Shown: piece by piece, positions 37,358 through 41,730 of the stretch | Layout: each line of letters begins with the position of its first letter | Numbering within the stretch: the first letter of the stretch is position 1 | Assembly (NCBI RefSeq): GCF_004010195.1 | Contig: NC_057719.1 | Span: 87,674,382-87,716,111, forward strand | Source of the DNA: Chiloscyllium plagiosum | Taxonomy: Eukaryota | DNA length: 41,730 nucleotides | Reading direction: 5' to 3' | Made by a program: the position numbers and the translations under genes | Notes under the pieces: model-generated | Seen by the model: only the letters and a program-made list of their open reading frames with translations | The model's database searches: none | Told to the model about the DNA's origin: nothing

Positions 37358-37655
37358 TTTCCTGGTTTGATTCCAGCCTTGGGTGACTGTCTATGTGGAA
37401 TCTGCACAGTCTGTCCATGTGGGTTTCCTCTGGGTGCTCTGGTTTCCTCCCACAGTAAAAACATGTGCAGGTTAGGTGGATTGACTGTGCTAAATTGTCC
37501 ACAGTGTCCAGTGACATGTGGGTTAAGTGGATTAGCCATGGGAAATGCAGGGTTCCATGGATAGAGTTGAAGGTGTGTCTGGGTGGGATGCACTTCAGAG
37601 GGTTGGTGTGGACTTGATGGGCTGAATGGCCTGCTTCCACACCGTAGGTATTCTA
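37358..37655 (+). mobile_element. HE1-type V-SINE, 5' truncated
   Basis: B box region, V-domain and 3' tail. Confidence 0.8.
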
Positions 37656-38115
37656 TATTTTGATGATTTGGCCAAGAAATAGCTTTTCAAAAGTTCTCGC
37701 AAGTCATTCAGTACAACGACAATTGGGGAGAGGAAATAAAAACTGCGAGTGAAGTTTACCCCCAGAAATAATTTTTTAAAAAAAGCAAAACTAGGCACGT
37801 CCCAACTCCATTCCCTGGACTGAATATTTGACTTGGAGCAATACTATGCGGGGGAGTCAAGGGAATAGGTCCTCCAACAGGGGAAATAAATGCATCACAG
37901 CAACACTTTGCCCCCCATGCGATTGCCGCAACCTCACACTACCACATCAATAAAATTCATCAAGTTCATTAAACATGATTTGTCTTTAACAAATCTGCAC
38001 TGGCTTTCCTTTAGTAAAGTATACATATTCTAATAACCGTTAGTTCTGTCCCAGATGATCACCTCTCAATGCTTGCCTATCACTAGGTTAAATTGACTGG
38101 GGTTATTCTTACAAG

Positions 38116-38322
38116 GAGAAAGTGAGGTCTGCAGATGCTGGAGATCAGAGCTGAAAATGTGTTGCTGGAAAAGCGCAGCAGGTCAGGCAGCATGCAGGGA
38201 ACAGGAGAATCGACGTTTCGGGCATAAGCCCTGAAGAAGGGCTTATGCCCGAAACGTCGATTCTCCTGTTCCCTGGATGCTGCCTGACCTGCTGCGCTTT
38301 TCCAGCAACACATTTTCAGCTC
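38116..38322. mobile_element. Young foldback Penelope-derived short element
   Basis: 84-bp inverted arms 38148-38231 and 38239-38322 (1 mismatch); 13-bp TSD TTATTCTTACAAG (38103-38115, 38323-38335); hammerhead core at the apex. Confidence 0.85.
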
Positions 38323-39204
38323 TTATTCTTACAAGCATGTGATATTTGCCATTCTCCCACCTTCTAACACGGTCAAGGATTGGTTTGGAAGATTATGGCC
38401 AATTTTGCTTCAATTTCTGTTCCCGGGTGCATCCCATTCAATCCTGGTGACTTAAAATTGCCTTGATCAATTTGTAACCTGTCACGAACTGCTTTCATTA
38501 TGATTTGGGTAGCATTGTTTATCTTGGTAAGGGCAGGTGCACTGCATTCTTTTAGACCCTTAGCCTTCCTCCTTATGTAGATCCCCTGCATGGTTCCTGT
38601 TGATTCATGGAGCATTGCAGAATGAATTTTACTCTGCATGAAGCTCCTCATATACCTGTCCCAGGAACGGTTGGCACAGACACGTGAGTCCAGTGATACT
38701 ACTCCTCAACAGAAGACCGCCCCACCCCACCCCCACTCCCTGCAACACATCCCTATCATCTCCTCCCCTAAATTCCTTGTTGGCCTCCCAAGAGGTTTAA
38801 CCCTGTTCCACCTTTCAGGAATAACAGAAAAGCAACAAATGTTTTCCAAATAACAATCATTGCAAGAAACAAAACATTGAGATGGTTTACAATTGAGGAA
38901 TGATTCGGCGTTTTCAAAAGGCATTAGAGTTCAGAAATATGGTGGAGTCACAGGCTCTAGATTCCAAAAACAAAGATGGCCCAATTGGGAGAGATGGAGT
39001 GAAGCCTTTGTAGATTTTTACATCAGTACAAATGCTATCATTAGTCATCCCTACGTCAAAACTCAGGAACTACCAATGGACAGCACTGTGAGAGAATACA
39101 TGTCTGACAACCATGGACGGATAAAAGGAAGGTTCATCTCCAACCTTTCAACACAACTCAAACCTCAGATTGAAAAGGAAACTGGAGAGAAGCAAGCAAC
39201 AGAC

Positions 39205-39299
39205 CTCATCAGACTCTTGCTTCTTCAGATCCTCCGCCTCTTCCAGCTCCATGTTCTCAGGTTCATCTTCGATATCATAGTGCTCCTCTACAGGCTCAC
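39205..39299 (-). CDS. PLCB2: PLCB2 internal exon, acidic end of X-Y linker: (G)EPVEEHYDIEDEPENMELEEAEDLKKQESDE
   Basis: Acceptor ttttgctgattgtag|, donor GAG|gtctgt; 95 nt, phase 1 to 0; the acidic stretch ending SDE joins GTAG of the next exon, as in vertebrate PLCB2. Confidence 0.88.
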
Positions 39300-40576
39300 C
39301 TACAATCAGCAAAAGACCCACGCAAACAATCAGCACCAGGTCCAAACTCAGCCAGCAGCAGACAGATCGTAAAAATAACCGTGAGAACTCAGGACACGGT
39401 CAGGGGAATGCGGTATATCAGAGTGTTACAGTGAGGGGCATGGGTTATATCAGTGTTCCAGTGAGGGGAGTGGGGTATATCAGTGTTACAGTGAGTGGAG
39501 GGGGGTATATCAGAGTTACCACTGAGGGGTATGGGGTATATCAGTGTTACAGTGAGGGGCATGGGGTATATCAGAGTTACCACTGAGGGGTGTGGGGTAT
39601 ATCAGAGTTACAGCGAAGGGAGTGGGGTATATCAGTGTTACAGTGAGCGGCATGGGGTATATCAGTGTTACTGTGAGGGGAGTGGGGTATATAAGTGTAA
39701 CAGTGAGGGGCATGGGGTATTTCAGAGTTACCCCTGAGGGGAGTGGTGTATATGAGAGTTACAGTGAAGGGAGTGGGGTATATCAGTGTTACAGTGAGGG
39801 GCATGGGGTATATCAGTGTAATACTGAGTGGAATGGGGTATATCAGAGTTACCACTGAGGGGAGTGGGGTATATCAGTGTTACAGTGAGGGGAGTGGGAT
39901 ATATCAATGTTACAGTGAGGGGAGTGGGGTATATCAGAGTTACAGTGAGGGGACTGGGGTATATCAGTGTTACAGTGAGGTGCATGGGGTATATCAGAGT
40001 TACCACTGAGGGGAGTGGGGTATATCAGAGTTACCACTGAGATGTGTGCGGTATATCAGTGTTATAGTGAGGGGAGTGGGGTATATCAGAGTTACCACTG
40101 AGGGGTGTGGGGTATATTAGTGTTACAGTGAGTGGAGTGAGATATATCAGAGTTACCACTGAGGGGTGTGGGGTATATCAGTGTTACAGTGAGGGGAATG
40201 GAGTATATCAATGAGAGGTGTGGAGTATATCAGTGTAACAGTGAGGAGTGTGGGTATTTCAGTATTACAGTGAGGGGAGTAGGGTATATCAGTGTTACAG
40301 TGAGGGGAGTGGAGTATTTCAGTGTTACAGTGAGGGGAGTGGGGTATATCAGTGTTACAGTGAGGGCTGTGGAGTATATTCGTGTCATAGTGAGGCATGT
40401 GAGATATATCAGTGTTACAGAGAGTATTGTGCGATATTATAAAGTGTTATAGTGAGGCGTGTGGGATATATCAGAGTGTTACAGTGAGGGGTGTGGGGTG
40501 TATCAGAGTGTTACAGTGAGGGGTGTGGAATATATTAGAATGTTACAGTGAGGGATGTGGGGTATATCAGAGTGTT

Positions 40577-40724
40577 GAAACTTTATTTCTTCATTCCTGA
40601 AGAAGGGCATGTGCCCGAAACGTCGAATCTTCTGTTCCCTAGATGCTGCCTGACCTGCTGTGCTGTTCCAGCAATAAAGTTTCAGCTTTGATCTCCAGCG
40701 TCTGCAGACGTCACTTTCTCCTCC
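40577..40724 (+). mobile_element. Penelope-derived terminal fragment carrying an intact hammerhead motif
   Basis: Same gatgctgcctgacctgctgtg family; interrupts the 30-bp minisatellite. Confidence 0.7.
40593..40628 (+). ncRNA. Minimal type I hammerhead ribozyme motif (Penelope-associated), intact core
   Basis: ATTC-CTGAAGA-A-GGGC(ATGT)GCCC-GAAA-CG-TC-GAAT: stem I 4 bp, stem II 4 bp, palindromic ACGT stem III. Confidence 0.75.
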
Positions 40725-40768
40725 TATATCAGAGTGTTACAGTGAGGGATGTACAGTATATCAGTGTG

Positions 40769-41418
40769 AAGATTAGAGTGGTGCTGGAAAAGCACAGCAG
40801 GTCAGGCAGCATCCATGGAGCAGGAAAATCGACATTTCGTGCAGGAGCCCTTCATCAGGAATGAGGCTGGAAGGCTAGGGGGTAGAGAGATAAATTGGAG
40901 GGTGTGGGGCTGGGGAGAAGGTAGTTGAGAGTGCAATAGGTGGATAGGGAAAGGGGTAAAGGTGATAGGTTGGAGAGGAGGGTGGAGCGGATAGTTGGGA
41001 AGGAAGATTGGCAGGTGGGACAGGTCATGAGGGTGGTGCTGAGCTGGAAGTTTGGAACTAGGGTGAGGGGAAATAAGGAAACTGGTGAATCCACATTGAT
41101 GCTGTAAGGTTGAAGGGATTCAGAGGTGGAAGATGAGGTGCTCTTCCTCCAGGCGTCGGTTGGTGAGGGAGCAGCGGTGGAGGAGGTCCAGGATCTGCAT
41201 GTTCTCAGCAGAGTGAGAGTGCGAGGGGGAGTTGAAATGTTCCTCCACGGGACAGTAGGTTGATTGGTGCGGGTGTCCCGGAGATATTCCCTGAAGCGCT
41301 CTGCGAGAAGGCGTCCAGTCTCCCCAATGTAAAAGAGACCGCATCGGGAGCAACAAATGTAATTTATTCCATCTAATCTTGACTGTAATCTCCAGCATCT
41401 GCAGTCCTCACTTTCGCC
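40769..41418 (-). mobile_element. Penelope-like fragment (GIY-YIG end plus 3' repeat) inserted in a minisatellite
   Basis: Peptide CPVEEHFNSPSH...RRLEEEHLIF; 15-bp flanking duplication CAGTATATCAGTGTG; hammerhead-like motif at 40827-40862 (-). Confidence 0.8.
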
Positions 41419-41730
41419 CAGTATATCAGTGTGTTACATGAGGGGTGTGGGCTATATCAGAGTGTTACGGTGAGGACTGTGAGGTACAGTTTATCAGTGT
41501 TACAGTGAGTGGCGTGGGGTTTATTAAAGTGTTACAGTTAGGGGTGTGAGGTATATCAGAGTGTCATAGTGAAGGGTGTGGGATATATTAGAGTGTTATA
41601 GTGAGGGGTGTGGGGTATATCAGAGTATTACAGTGAGATGTGTGGGTATATGAGGTTTTCAGTTAGGAGTGTGGGGTATATCAGAGTGTTGCAGTGAGAT
41701 GTGTGGGTATATGAGTGTTACAGTGTGAAG

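Larger units (their letters stand above)
39405..41730. repeat. About 30-bp minisatellite array (gggtatatcagtgttacagtgaggggagtg)
   Basis: Dozens of tandem units, interrupted by two Penelope-derived insertions; runs off the window end. Confidence 0.95.

Noticed and set aside
38893..39372. 159-aa plus-strand ORF
   Set aside because: Antisense overlap of the PLCB2 linker exon with no recognisable motif
39389..40452. Repetitive ORFs (VTLIYPTPLT, GYISVTVRG) and a CRISPR-like periodicity
   Set aside because: Head-to-tail 30-bp minisatellite without unique spacers; no cas genes; vertebrate context

Overview
Repeat-rich eukaryotic genomic DNA, most likely from a shark (HE1/V-SINEs, HER/CR1-type LINEs, Penelope-like elements and minisatellites). 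The whole window lies inside one minus-strand gene, phospholipase C beta 2 (PLCB2). I traced 14 consecutive internal coding exons (39299 down to 3159, 1600 nt, about 533 aa) with GT-AG boundaries and consistent phases. They cover the end of the X-Y linker, the catalytic Y box, the C2 domain, the proximal CTD and part of the distal coiled-coil CTD; both gene ends lie outside the window. The introns are mostly decayed retroelements and tandem repeats, with a 130-nt N gap. Notable features: (1) a U12-type intron in the Y box; (2) several minimal hammerhead-ribozyme motifs from at least three Penelope-derived families; (3) short foldback Penelope insertions with 9-16 bp target-site duplications, one a near-perfect 84-bp hairpin; (4) a 51-nt symmetric candidate cassette exon; (5) two unexplained coding-like intronic stretches. 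No prokaryote-type system (CRISPR, operon) is present. Family assignments come from recalled motifs, not database searches.
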